Shown one piece after another: positions 13,369 to 24,750 of a stretch of DNA of 64,000 nt. Origin of the DNA: Cetorhinus maximus (lineage: Eukaryota); contig NC_135901.1 of NCBI RefSeq assembly GCF_964194155.1, positions 23,188,001-23,252,000 on the forward strand. The letters run 5' to 3'. The translations under genes were made by a program, and so were the position numbers. Each line of letters starts with the position of its first letter. Position 1 is the first letter of the stretch. A model generated the notes under the pieces. That model saw only the letters and a program-made list of their open reading frames with translations. It made no database searches and was not told the DNA's origin.

Positions 13369-13932
13369 TGTAAGAAATTGCCATCTAATAACCTTAGAAA
13401 ATCTTCAGAAATTTATGAAATATTATAAAAATAGCTCACACTCTCTCTCTCTCTCATGAAGAAAGCTTCCATAGCAACTTGCTGGCTAACAACACAGGAC
13501 AGGCCTGTTATCTCTGCTGAGGTCATGTCTCTAGCATGGGCCCTGAAACAAGACATTTCTCACCCTGATACGATTGGATCTCGTGACCTATACGTAAACC
13601 AACTGCCTGTGTAAAGGTTAAAACAGGTTCTCAAGACCAAAAAAAGATTTCTAAGTGATCCATACTGGCTTCACCCCGACACCCATACTCTGGCCATTCA
13701 GAGGAGACTGCCACCATCAGCTACGTAGACTGACGTTCGCTCTGCATCATCTGTCCTTTTATCCTCCGGGACCGGTAAACCGTTCCCACCTGTCACAGCT
13801 CATATGCTTTTCCTGTCTATTTAACTCCTGCATCATATTACAACTCTTGCTACTCAATAAACTACTTTAAAATCACTTCTGAGCTGGACCCCCTTTTGAG
13901 GTTATCTGTGACTCCCGGACCTAAATCTTACA
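13369..13932 (+). mobile_element. LTR (564 bp) of a Gypsy/ERV-like element
   Basis: Termini TGTAAGA...TCTTACA, AATAAA near 13856, primer-binding site 2 nt downstream; paralogs at 21.9-22.9 kb and 32.2-33.1 kb. Confidence 0.85.
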
Positions 13933-13934
13933 AC

Positions 13935-13949
13935 TGGTGTTAGGAGTGG
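13935..13949 (+). other. Primer-binding site complementary to the tRNA-Leu 3' end
   Basis: TGGTGTTAGGAGTGG versus TGGTGTCAGGAGTGG (complement of vertebrate tRNA-Leu(CAG) ...CCACUCCUGACACCA); 1 mismatch. Confidence 0.75.
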
Positions 13950-14019
13950 TCGAGACCATAGGCTTGAGAACCAACAGTCTTGGTTAAATATGAATGGAGA
14001 ATATGAATCTTGACTCCAA

Positions 14020-15295
14020 AGAGTTAAAAAACAGATTATAAATGCTTCTGTAGTTATGTAAATAGGAAGAGATGAGCGAAAGTAAACATGCCCCCATTAG
14101 AGGCAGATGCAGGGGAAATTATAATGAGGACTAAAGAAATGGCAGAGACATGAAACAAATACTTTGTATCTCTCTTCATTGTAGAAGACAGAAAAAATTC
14201 TGGTGATGGGGAACTGAGGGTTCAATGCAGGGGTCAGCAACCTGGATAGAAGGAAGAGCCATTTTTAAAAAATTGGTCAAAAATACAATATCCGAAGAGC
14301 CACAATGCTGTTCATCAAATGTTGGCAATAATGGAAAACGAGGCAGAGACAAGTTTCAACAACATTTTATGGATTTTTACTGAAAAGTTGTTAATTTAAT
14401 GATACTTTCTAACAAGTACAATGTTACTAAAAGTTTTTAAAAATGGATCAAACCATTTAATTACTATCAAAATGGGTTTGATTGATGAAGAGTGGTTGCT
14501 GCATGAGTCCTTAGTGAGCTGCACTAGCTTTGGAGACACAGATTACAGACCCTTGTCTACTGAGAAGGAGGAACTTAAAGAAGTAGCACTGGAGAAATTA
14601 ATGGGAATAAGCGGTGACAAGTCTCCTGGACCAGGTGACCTGCATCCTCGGGATTTAAGAGAGGGAGCTACAGAAATAGTGGATGCATTGTTTTTGATCT
14701 TCCAGAATTCCTCAAATTCTAGAACAGTTCCCAAGGATTGGAAGGTAGCAAACATAACCTCAGTATTCTAGAAAGTAGGAAGAGAGAAAACAGGGAATTT
14801 TAGGCTAGTTAGCCTAACATCAGTTGTAGGCAAAACACTTGAATGTATTATTAGGGACATGGTAACAGGATCCTTATCAGATCAGACTAGGCCCAAATTT
14901 CATAGAGTTTAGAAAAATGAGAGGTGATCTTGTTGGGACATGTGATTCTTAAGGGGCCTGACAGTTAGATGCTGTGAAACTGTTTCCCTGCCTGGGGCAA
15001 TGCAGAACAGTCCCAGAATAAGAGGTTGAACATTTAAGACTGAGATGAGGAGGAATTTCTTCACTCGAAGGCTGTGAATCTTTGGAATTCTTTATCCCAG
15101 GGAGCTTTGGATGTTCAGTATCTGAGTGTAATTAAGACGAAGATCAATAGTTTTTTGGGTATAAAGAGAATTGAAGGGATATGGGGTGAGGGCAGGAAGG
15201 TGGAGTTGAAGTAGGTGATCAGCCACGATCTTTTTGAATGACGGAGCTGAATTGAAGGGCCGAATGGCCTATTCCTGCTCCTATTTCTTATGTTC
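14020..15295 (+). mobile_element. CR1 LINE fragment with internal deletions
   Basis: DKSPGPGDLHPRDL..IFQNS..VPKDWKVANI ORF2 motif; CR1 3' tail ends ~15295. Confidence 0.85.
14228..14555 (+). mobile_element. hAT (Charlie-like) MITE nested in CR1
   Basis: Termini CAGGGGTCAGCAACCT ... AGATTACAGACCCTTG form imperfect TIRs. CR1 sequence resumes on both sides; TSD degenerate. Confidence 0.6.
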
Positions 15296-16021
15296 ATTTG
15301 TCAGTCTGGTTCCCCTCAAGCTGCTGAGTGAATGAATTAAATCTTTCTTCATAAATCACCCGGATACCAGACTACAAGTCAGGCCATGAGCATTGTTTAT
15401 TGTTTCCAAATCACAGTGAAATGTGGGCACACAGACCCTTTCTAGACGTGTCTAAATGTAATCAGAGTTATCCAGCAGTTCAGCACTAATGGGGAGAGCT
15501 ATTTCACAAAACAAGGAACAAAGACTCCAGAGGATGTTCAGTGATTCACTGTAAATCAGCACGAATGGATGCTGAGTATTAATTACAGCAGGGAGCAGAG
15601 TCTGAGGTTATCAATTGGTGAGTTTATTGTCAGAGTAATTCCTTCAATATCTGACAAGTTAACAGCTTTGAACAGCCCGTCTCTCAAATAGCTCGATCCT
15701 ATTACAAACATTCAGAGCTTACTGAGCCTCATCCTCGAGTTACAGAACAGACTTTCTCCTGTCAACATAGAGATGCAGGATTGGACTGTGATCTGTTTCT
15801 TGTTCATCTTTAGTTCAATACAGCTTCTGAGTGATTTACATTTCAGACAAGGTTTGCAGGTGTAAAGGTCTTTTCACACATGTATGAGAGAGGCTGTGGG
15901 GTACACACAAAGTCCAATTGGGCAATTTATATATGCAATGAACTCCAACTATCAGAATGAACACGGTTCAGCTGTGGATGTGATTAATAGCAGCGATAAC
16001 AGCAGAATCCCACCCCTGTGA

Positions 16022-16489
16022 TCACTGGTGAACTTGCTGGTGTCTCAGCAGGTTGGATGACTGGGTGAATCCCTTCCCACACATGGAACAAGTGAAGGGC
16101 TTCTCCCCACTGTGGACATGCTGGTGCCTCAGCAGGGTGGATGAACGAGTGAATCCCTTCCCACACTCAGTGCAGCTGAATGGTCTTTCCCCAGAGTGAT
16201 TACGCTGGTGGGTGAACAGATCTTTTCTGCTTTTGAAGCTTTTCTCACAGTCAGAACATTGAAAAGGTCTCTTATCTATGTGAACAAGTTGGTGTGAAGC
16301 GAGATGGGATAAACAAGTCAATCCCCTCCCACACTCTGTGCAGGTGAATGGCCTCTCCCCAGTGTGAACGCGCTGGTGTACAGTGAGGTCGCCTGATTGC
16401 TTGAACCCAGTCCTGCAGTGAGGACACGTGAATGGTCTCTCGTCAGATTCTTGATTTGATATTGTCTGCAATTCCTCCTCTTCTAATAC
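16022..16489 (-). CDS. C2H2 zinc-finger terminal exon, 5 fingers, spacer in frame (needs upstream coding exon, candidate 18576-18605)
   Basis: VLEEEELQTISNQESDERPFTCPHC... open to the stop at 16022; polypyrimidine tract plus CAG acceptor at 16490-16492. Confidence 0.75.
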   Translation of the reverse strand, partial: VLEEEELQTISNQESDERPFTCPHCRTGFKQSGDLTVHQRVHTGERPFTCTECGRGLTCLSHLASHQLVHIDKRPFQCSDCEKSFKSRKDLFTHQRNHSGERPFSCTECGKGFTRSSTLLRHQHVHSGEKPFTCSMCGKGFTQSSNLLRHQQVHQ

Positions 16490-16692
16490 CTGGAAAATGA
16501 ATTGAAAACAGAAAAAGGGGAACATGAGAGAGAGAAGCCACAACAACACAAAGGCAGGTTGTGAAATTGAGCTGAATGCATCTGGTAATTTGTTGGGCTG
16601 ACACCAGGAAGAAGTGACCATGAAAATTCCTGGATTGTCATAAAAACCCAACTGGTTCACTAATGTCCTTCACGGAATGGAACCCACTGGAC

Positions 16693-17030
16693 AGCTTTAG
16701 TCTCCTTATTTAAGAAAGGATCTAATTGCATTAGAAACAGTTCAGAGAAGGTTTACTAAATTCATACTGGGAATGGGCAGGTTGTCTCATGAGGAAAGAT
16801 TGGACAGGCGAGGCTGGAGAACTAGGGGTCACTGTTTAAAATTAAGGAGTCGCCCACTTAAGACAGAGATAAGGAGAAATTTTTCTCTCAGAGGATAGTC
16901 AGTCTTTGGAACTCTCTTCCACAAAAGGAAGTGCCTTTGAATGTCTTTAAGGCAGAGGTAGGTAGATCTGATTGAATGGCAGAACAGACTTGAAGGGGTG
17001 AGTGGCCTACTCCTAATTCGTATGTTCATA
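16693..17030 (+). mobile_element. CR1 3' fragment (intronic)
   Basis: Similar to 55690-56190. Confidence 0.75.
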
Positions 17031-17242
17031 CATATGCTCGTATCCCGTCTGAGCCTACATAAGACTCCAGCCTTTATGAGAGGAGAGGGAGAGGTCGGGG
17101 AGGAGGGGGAAGGAGAGGGACTTTATACATCAGCAACTCAACCAGGATTTTGACAGAATATCTCAAACCCACAATCTGCACCATCTGGAAGAACCATAGC
17201 AGCTGGTGCATGGGAAAACCATACATTATCCTAACTTGGGAC

Positions 17243-17555
<313 letters not shown>

Positions 17556-17569
17556 CTATAAAACCTGCA

Positions 17570-18075
17570 ATAAAACAAGAGCAAAACCCTGATGCTGGAA
17601 ATCCAAAAGATAAAGAGAAAATGCTGGAAATCCTTAGCAAGTCAGGTGAGTTCCTGCAGCATCTGTGGAGAAGGAAACAGAGTTAATGTTTCAGCTGAAG
17701 CTTAGTGTGAAAAGTTTCTCTGCAGAAGCTGAGGATTTCCAGCAGTTTCCGTAAGGTTTTGATAGAGACAATACAGTGAGAATGGGGGCAGAACAAAACT
17801 GAGACCATCAATATAAGATAGTCACAAGAAACCCAACAGGGAATTCAGAAGAAACTTCTTTACCCAAAGAGTGGTGTGAATGTGGAATTCACTACCACAG
17901 GGAGTGGTTAAAGTGAATAGTCAAAATGAATTTAAAGGGAATCTGGACAAGCATATGACAGAGAAGGGAATAGATGGTTACGATGGTAGACTTAGAGGAT
18001 AAAAGATGAGAGGAAGTTCGAGTGGAGCATAAATACTGGCAGGGAGTGTTGGGGCCGAATGGCCTGTTTATGTGT
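17570..18075. mobile_element. Penelope-derived short element (17570-17750) followed by a CR1 3' fragment (+)
   Basis: GATGCTGGAAATC..GGAAACAGAGTTAATGTTTCAG motif, then CR1 tail ending GGCCGAATGGCCTGTTT. Confidence 0.65.
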
Positions 18076-18269
18076 CGCATACGCTCGGCCATCCCGTGTT
18101 TTTCTTTCCCAAGGGTGGGTGGGTGGGGGAGAAGGTGCCACACTAACCATTTAAATCATTGCTGAGTATAAAAAATAAACTATATTTAAATATTTAAACA
18201 TTCCAGCTTCTAAAATTTCCCTTTAAAGTGCAGGAAGACTGTGGTGTTTCAGTTCTTGAATGGTTCCCA

Positions 18270-18990
18270 AGAAAATTCCTCCGGGGAATCCCCTTTCTCT
18301 CTCCCCGGGCAGCAGCTGGGGATCGGTCTGATCCCCCGGGGCTGCTGAACTGAGCCCAGAAGGAGGGAGAAAATTCCCCCGAGCTACGATCCCGGGACCT
18401 GCAGGATCTTATTGGGGGTTTGCGGCCTCCACCGGGTGTTTCTGAATCCTCCCCGCGGTGCAAACGCGGGCCCGGTCGCTTCTTGTTGGGTGTCTGAATC
18501 CTCCTGAAGGAATTTGTGAAACCTCCCGGTCCAGCTGCCGGCTCCATTCCTCTCCTGCCCGGGGACATTTCTCACCCCCTGCGGGAGCCACAAAACCGCC
18601 TCCATTCGGCTCCAGCACCCGCACTGCGCATGTTCTAGTCACAGACCTATAACCCGCCTGCGCGGGTGTCTCCTGCAATGTTGATAGGGCTCCGCCTCTC
18701 ATTCACTCCGATTGGCTGGAGCCCCGGCCGCTCCCGCCCGCTCCTCCAGTCCCGCCCCCTCTCGTTCCATTTTTCCGGCTCCGCCGTCAATCAGCCGGGC
18801 ATTGTGAGGTGTCAGGTGAGAGGTCACTGTCGGGAGCGGGTTAATAAACCCCGGGCGCGGGGGTGGGGGCGGGGTTTACAAATCCCGAGTGCGGCCCCAG
18901 AGCCGAATATTAAACAATGAACATTCTCCACTCTCACTATCCGCCGCTTCCGGCTTCTCTCCGGGAACAACCTCAAACAAAGAGCCCAGG
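18270..18990. promoter_or_regulatory. Bidirectional CpG-island promoter between divergent ZNF genes (16.0 kb minus, 19.8 kb plus)
   Basis: CCAAT box (ATTGG 18711), GC boxes, ETS-like CTTCCGG, NRF1-like TGCGCATG; GTGAGA donors facing both ways (18575 minus, 18816 plus). Confidence 0.75.
18576..18605 (-). CDS. Candidate 10-codon first coding exon (MEAVLWLPQG) of the 16.0-kb ZNF
   Basis: ATG at 18605; GGG|GTGAGA phase-0 donor matches the phase-0 acceptor at 16489. Confidence 0.45.
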
Positions 18991-19125
18991 GGGAGACAGT
19001 GGCCTAGTGGGAATGTCACTGGATCAGTAATTCAGAGACCCAGGGTCATGTTCTAGGGACATGGATTTAAATCCATTAAATTAATACAATCTGGAATATA
19101 AAGATAGTCTCAGTGATGGTGACTG
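18989..19125 (+). mobile_element. tRNA-derived SINE, 5' part
   Basis: A-box TGGCCTAGTGG; same head as 61426. Confidence 0.7.
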
Positions 19126-19828
19126 AGGCCCCTCTGAGAAAATCTCCACACAGTCAGTTCTGGACACAAGGTAAATGTCTGTTATTCTGCCTGGTCGTCA
19201 GGGTGATCCTGGTTAATGTTGTCATGAATGAAGTGAATTATCAAACATGTTGCTATCTCTCATTGTACAAATTTGTTAAAAGATTACAGAAAGAATTATC
19301 CAACACTTCATTCAGATTTCAACCCAGGGAGGAGGGAGAGTGTGTGGGACGGGGATTTACAGCTTTGGGGAACCAGGAGAGGAAAAAATGTTCCATGGAA
19401 ACTAAAATTGTCTGTTCTGAATTTCTACCCTAAACTTACAGTGATGACTGTTTTGGAACTCTATTTACAGGATGTTAGAAGGAGGATTTGCAGACCAGAA
19501 ACTCAAACCAAACATCACGTCAAGATCTGACAGAGTCACTCCATTCATCAGGGTCTGAATATCATCGGCCTCTGAATTTGGAAAGAGAAATGTTTCTCCG
19601 TTCTGTCTGTGGGAAAAGATTTCAAACATCAGTGTAACTGAAAAAGCACCAAGACACAGACACACCCAACTGAGTGTTCCAGTGAACTAACTGAAAGAGC
19701 TTTAACCAATTCAACAGCCTGAAAAAAAATCATACCATTCCCAGTGGGGAGAAAGTGTACACGTGTTGTGTGTGTGCACAAGGCTTCAACTGATTATCCA
19801 ACTTGGTGAGACACAGGGCTCCGGCTTT

Positions 19829-20599
19829 ATGGAGAAACCGTGGAAATGTGAGGATTGTGGGAAAGGATTCAATTATCCATCCCATCTTGAAATCCATCGA
19901 CGCAGTCACATTGGGGCCGGCACCATGGAGAAACCATGGAAATGTGAGAACTGTGGTAAAGGATTCTATTACCTATCCCTGCTGAAAAACCATCAACGCA
20001 TTCACACTGGGGAGAAGCCGTACACCTGCTCTGTGTGCGGGAAGGGATTTACTCAATTAGCCGGCCTCACATTACACCAACGAGTTCACACGAGGGAGAG
20101 GCCATTCACCTGCTCCGTGTGTGGGAAGGGATTCACAAATTCATCCCATCTGCTGACACATCAGCTTATTCACACTGAGGAGAAGCCATTCAGCTGTACT
20201 TACTGTGGAAAGAGGTTCAGATCTTCAGCCAACCTTACTGCACACCAGCGAGTTCACACTGGGGAGAAGCCGTACACCTGCACAGTGTGTGGGGAGGAAT
20301 TTGCTCGGTTATCCAGCCTCCAGTATCACCAGGGAGTTCACACTCAGGAGAGGCCATTCAGCTGCACTTCCTGTGGAAAGAATTTCAGGTCTTCATCCAA
20401 CCTCATTGAACACCAGCGAGGTCACACTGGGGAGAGGCCGTTCATCTGCTCTGTGTGTGGGAAGGGATTCACCAAGTCCTCCAACTTGGTGATACACCAG
20501 CGAATTCACACTGGGGAGAGACCGTTCACTTGCTCCGTGTGTGGGAAGGGATTCGCTGAGGCAGCTAAAGAGCGGAGACACCAGCGAGTTCATAAATGA
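19829..20599 (+). CDS. C2H2 zinc-finger protein, 9 fingers, 256 aa
   Basis: Uninterrupted ORF; MEKPWKC module occurs twice (19829, 19925); acceptor ~19470. Confidence 0.85.
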   Translation: MEKPWKCEDCGKGFNYPSHLEIHRRSHIGAGTMEKPWKCENCGKGFYYLSLLKNHQRIHTGEKPYTCSVCGKGFTQLAGLTLHQRVHTRERPFTCSVCGKGFTNSSHLLTHQLIHTEEKPFSCTYCGKRFRSSANLTAHQRVHTGEKPYTCTVCGEEFARLSSLQYHQGVHTQERPFSCTSCGKNFRSSSNLIEHQRGHTGERPFICSVCGKGFTKSSNLVIHQRIHTGERPFTCSVCGKGFAEAAKERRHQRVHK

Positions 20600-21880
20600 C
20601 TGCAGGGGTTGGATTCTGCTCTTATTGCTGCTGTTAATCACATCCAGCATTGATGGTCTGACAATATTAGGTTTGTTTCTGCTGATATTAACAATCCTTA
20701 TATCTGACTGGAGTTTAATATTTTGAAGTTGTCGTTGATTTTCAGGTCTGCAATGTCCTTTTTTAAGGGACCATCTGAGATCTTTACTCTTAATCCAAGA
20801 ACTCTCGACAGGAACTCACTTACAATAACATTATGAACTTTTACTTCAATCCTAAATTGATCTTTGGTGAAAACTCTACAACCCAGTGTCTGAAAGGCTC
20901 CACTGATTAACATCTCCAATTAGAAAGTGCTGAATAATCCTTGCTGATGATTATCAATAACTTACACATTCTTCACAGTGGCACCTCCATTATGAGAGTA
21001 AATTATCAAAGAACAAATCTGGCATCAGTGTACATTCTAGTGAATGTGTACATGAAACTAGTAAATCTCTTGGAGATGCTTGTATTCTTGCCTCTGAGCT
21101 TTTTCAGAAAACTGTCTCTGGCCATTATCTGAGGCATCACAACTTGCAGAGGGAGATAAGCAAAGATCTTGAGAGAGACACCACTGCACCCCCACACCCC
21201 TGATCTTTGGTAATTTTACCTAAAAGTCTAGAATGGCTTGTAGCAGTATGAGATCCCGGTGTGAGTGTGCAGATGTGATTTGTTACGTATTGGAGTAACT
21301 AACACGGGGAAATGCAAGTTGAGCCTGCACTGAAGAACAGGTCCCAGACATGCTCAATACTCGACAACAGAATCTCATTGAATTGGTTAATGTGGTCAGG
21401 AGAATGAGACAACATTTAAATCATCAAGATATTGACACAAACTCCATAGGGAAACTGACTTTAAAACAATCCAGATAGAATCAATCACACTGGTATCTAT
21501 CAGAGGGAGTAAAATTAAAGTGAAGGGGCATATAGAATCTGGATTTAGAAAATATTCACAAGGTGGATGCAGGTGAACAAAGAGCTGGAGAATCGTTAAA
21601 CTCCATGCATGAACTTTTGTTTGAACCATATGTATTTACAACATGTCAATAATTTAGAATTGTGTGAGATAATCTGCAGGTGGGGAGGATGAATCGAAGT
21701 CAATAATTATCACATTTTACTCGGAAAGTTTTTTAATTTTTTCTTGGTTGCAGATCAAGGTTTTTGTGTTGCTGATTCTGCTAATTCTCGTGGCTTTAGT
21801 ATGTTATCCACGGTTTGTAATCAAAAAATTAGGAAAACAAACTAGTAGCTTAGAAATAGCTGGGCTGGACAGAAATCAGT

Positions 21881-22885
21881 TGTGAAAACTCAGATAGAGT
21901 GGGGGTTCTCATGAACCATGTTATTTTTTATTATTCGTTCACAGGATGTGGGCGTCTCTGGCTAGGCCAGCATTTATTGCCCATCCTTAATTGCCCTTGA
22001 GAAGGTGGCAGTAAGTTGCTTTCTTGAACCGCTGCAGTCCATGTGTAAACCAACTGTCTGATTAAAGGTTAAACAGGATGTCCTAGGACCTGATGAGCCA
22101 TGAAATGACTTCATGGATTGCTGATGGAAACAGGAGCGATTAACTTGAATATCTGTCTCTTGCTAAAGGACAATTGAATAAGTGATTGACAAAAGACCCC
22201 CAGGAATAAGGTACAAGAACTAGCTTCTGAGAAGGAAATCACTTCAGACAAGAAACAGCTTCTCAAAGTGATCCATGCTGGATTTGGCCAAACACTTTGG
22301 GTCAAAGAGACTGAGAAAAGATGAGACTGCCACCTCCAGCCACAGAGATCAGGATCCCACTGATCTGGGACCAGTAAACCATTCTGAGGAGACTGCCACC
22401 TCCAGCCACAGAGATCAGCATCCCCCTGATCCAGGACTAGTAAATCATTCCGAGGAGACTGTAACCTCCAGCCACGGAGATCAGCATCCCCCTGATCCGG
22501 GGCCAGTAAACCATTCCGAGGAGACTGCCACCTCCAGCCACGGAGATCAGTATCCCCCTGATCCGGGGCCAGTAAACCATTCCGAGGAGACTGCCACCTC
22601 CAGCCACGGAGATCAGCATCCCCCTGATTCGGGGCCAGTAAACCATTCCGAGGAGACTGCCACCTCCAGATACGGAGATCAGCATCCCCCCTGCTTTTTC
22701 CCCATCCACTTGTTCAACCCGGGATCAGTAAACCATTCTCACCTGTTATGGGTCGTATGTCTTTTCTGTCTTTTTAACTGTTGTATCATGTCTAAACTGT
22801 TGCTTCTTAATAAAATGCTTTAAAATCGCCTATGCCTTCGACCCTCTTTTTGGATAAACTGTGACTCCCGGACTAAAATATTACG
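21881..22885 (+). mobile_element. LTR paralog with 66-bp VNTR, interrupted by a LINE-B tail (21920-22044, minus)
   Basis: GTAAACCAACTG..AAAGGTTAAACAGG and 3' end TGTGACTCCCGGACTAAAATATTACG align to the 13369-13932 LTR; left boundary uncertain. Confidence 0.75.
22323..22691 (+). repeat. 66-bp tandem repeat, about 5.6 copies
   Basis: Unit GAGACTGCCACCTCCAGCCACGGAGATCAGCATCCCCCTGATCCGGGGCCAGTAAACCATTCCGAG. Confidence 0.95.
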
Positions 22886-22940
22886 CTTGTCCATGAGAGT
22901 AACTGAAGTTATGAGAACTGAAATAGAGAGGAATGATGAG

Positions 22941-23392
22941 GGGTTAGTTGTGGCTCAGTGGTTGCATTCTTATCTCTGAGTCAGGAGGGTGTGGGTTCAA
23001 ATCCACATCCAGAAACATGAGCATAAAATCAAGATTGATATTTTGATGCAGTACTGAGGGAGCACTGCTCTGTCAGAGGTCCCATATTCCAGATGAGACC
23101 TTCAGCTACGGCCCCATCTGCCCTCTCATTTGGTGTAAAAGTTCCTATAATGTTATTCCAAAGAGCAGGGGAGTTCTCCCTGGTGTACTGCTTCATATTT
23201 ATCCCTCAACAAACATCACTGAACAGATTACCTGGTCAAAGTCACATTTCTATTAGTGGGATCTTGCTGTGTGCAATTTGGTGACTGCATTTTCTCCATC
23301 ACAGCAGTGACTACACTTCAAAAGAACTTAATTGGCTGTAAAGCATTTTGGGACATCCTGAAGTTGTGAAAGGTGCTATATAAATACAAGTC
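22941..23392 (+). mobile_element. Deu-domain SINE (SacSINE1/AmnSINE-like), full-length
   Basis: A box TGGCTCAGTGG, B box GGTTCAAATCC, Deu-like core, L2-type tail GTAAAGCATTTTGGGACATCCTGAAG..GAAAGGTGCTATATAAAT. Confidence 0.8.
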
Positions 23393-23640
23393 TCCATTAA
23401 TGAAGGAGAAAAGGCCCAAAAATGGAACAGTCGGTAACAGGACATCAATCAGTCTCCTCTTATCTTAGAGAAATCAAGGACTCGAGCACTGTGTGTTTGA
23501 CACAAAGCTGATTTATTTAATCTATATCCAGAATATTAAACTCCAACCTAGTTACAGAGATTATTAACATCAACTGAAACAAACTTCAGCTGTCAGAATG
23601 AACATGGTAACAGCATAACACCAGAATCCAACTCCTGCAG

Positions 23641-24483
23641 TCACTTATGAACTTGCTGGTGTCTCAGCAGGTACGATGAACAAGTGAATCCTTTCCCACA
23701 GACGGAGCAGGTGAACGGTCTCTCCCCAGTGTGAGTGTGTCGGTGTCTCTGCAAGTGAGATAACTGAGTGAATCCCTTTGCACACACGGAACAGGTGAAT
23801 GGCCTCTCCCCAGTGTGAACTTGCTGGTGATTCAGCAGGGTAGATGATTGAGTGAATCCCTTCCCACAGATGGAGCAGGTGAATGGCCTCTCTCCTGTGT
23901 GAGTGCGTTGGTGAATCTGCAGATCTAATTTGCCTTTAAAGCTCTTCTCACAGTCGGAACATTTAAAAGATCTCGTGTCAGAGTGAACTCGCTGGTGTCT
24001 CAGCAGGTGGGCTGAAATGGTGAATCCTTTCCCACACTCAGAGCAGATGAATGGTCTCTCCCCAGTGTGAGTTCTCTGGTGTTTCAGCAGGCTGGATGAC
24101 TGAGTGAATCCCTTCCTACACACAGAGCAGGTGAACGGCCTCTCCCCAGTGTGAATTTGTTGGTGCGTCAGCAAAACCTTTTTGCTTTTAAAGCTCTTCT
24201 CACAGTCAGCACATTTAAAAGGTCTCATGTCAGAATGAATAAGATGGTGTGACGTGAGGTCGGTTAGTTGACTGAATCCCTTCCCACACTCAGAGCAGGT
24301 GAATGGTTTCTCCCCAATGTGAGTTCTCTGGTGTTTTTGTAAGCTGGATGACTGAGTGAATCCCTTCCCGCATACGGAGCAGGTGAACGGTCTCTCCCCG
24401 GTGTGACTGCGTCGATGAATTTCCAGCACGGACGGGGATCTGAAGCCCTTCCCACAGTCGCCACATTTCCATGGTTTCTCCAT
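23641..24483 (-). CDS. C2H2 zinc-finger protein, 10 fingers, 280 aa
   Basis: Uninterrupted ORF from ACC-ATG-G ([10 protein letters not shown]); family 3' UTR and AATAAA near 23512. Confidence 0.88.
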   Translation of the reverse strand: MEKPWKCGDCGKGFRSPSVLEIHRRSHTGERPFTCSVCGKGFTQSSSLQKHQRTHIGEKPFTCSECGKGFSQLTDLTSHHLIHSDMRPFKCADCEKSFKSKKVLLTHQQIHTGERPFTCSVCRKGFTQSSSLLKHQRTHTGERPFICSECGKGFTISAHLLRHQRVHSDTRSFKCSDCEKSFKGKLDLQIHQRTHTGERPFTCSICGKGFTQSSTLLNHQQVHTGERPFTCSVCAKGFTQLSHLQRHRHTHTGERPFTCSVCGKGFTCSSYLLRHQQVHK

Positions 24484-24606
24484 GGTGCCAGTGTCCTCGT
24501 GTTTCTCCAGGTTGAATGGAAGCCTCATCCACACACACAACACGTGCACATTTTCTCCCCGCTATGAATAGTGTGATTTTTTTTCAGGCTGTGTAACTGG
24601 TTAAAG

Positions 24607-24750
24607 GTTCTTGATTGGTAAGGGGATCAAAGGTTACGGGGAGAAGGCAGGAGAATGGGGAAACTTGAGAAACTTATCAGCCATGATTGAATGGTGGAGC
24701 AGACTCGATGGGCCAAATGGCCTAATTTCTGCTCCTAGGTCTTATGGTCT
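24607..24750 (+). mobile_element. CR1 3' fragment inserted in the decayed upstream finger region
   Basis: CR1 tail flanked by repeated TAAAG; host consensus GGTTAAAGCTCTTTCCAC is restored on removal. Confidence 0.75.

Noticed and set aside
22323-22691. CRISPR-like array (also 32312-32700 and 61206-61425)
   Set aside because: Units are contiguous with no unique spacers, there are no cas genes, and the context is eukaryotic.
22275-22823. 182-aa repeat protein as a real gene
   Set aside because: The frame is open because the unit is 66 bp. The paralogous array has 67-bp units that break the frame, and the region lies in an LTR.
22941-23012. tRNA gene (also 18989 and 61426)
   Set aside because: A/B boxes are present but there is no cloverleaf, and the sequence continues into SINE body and tail.
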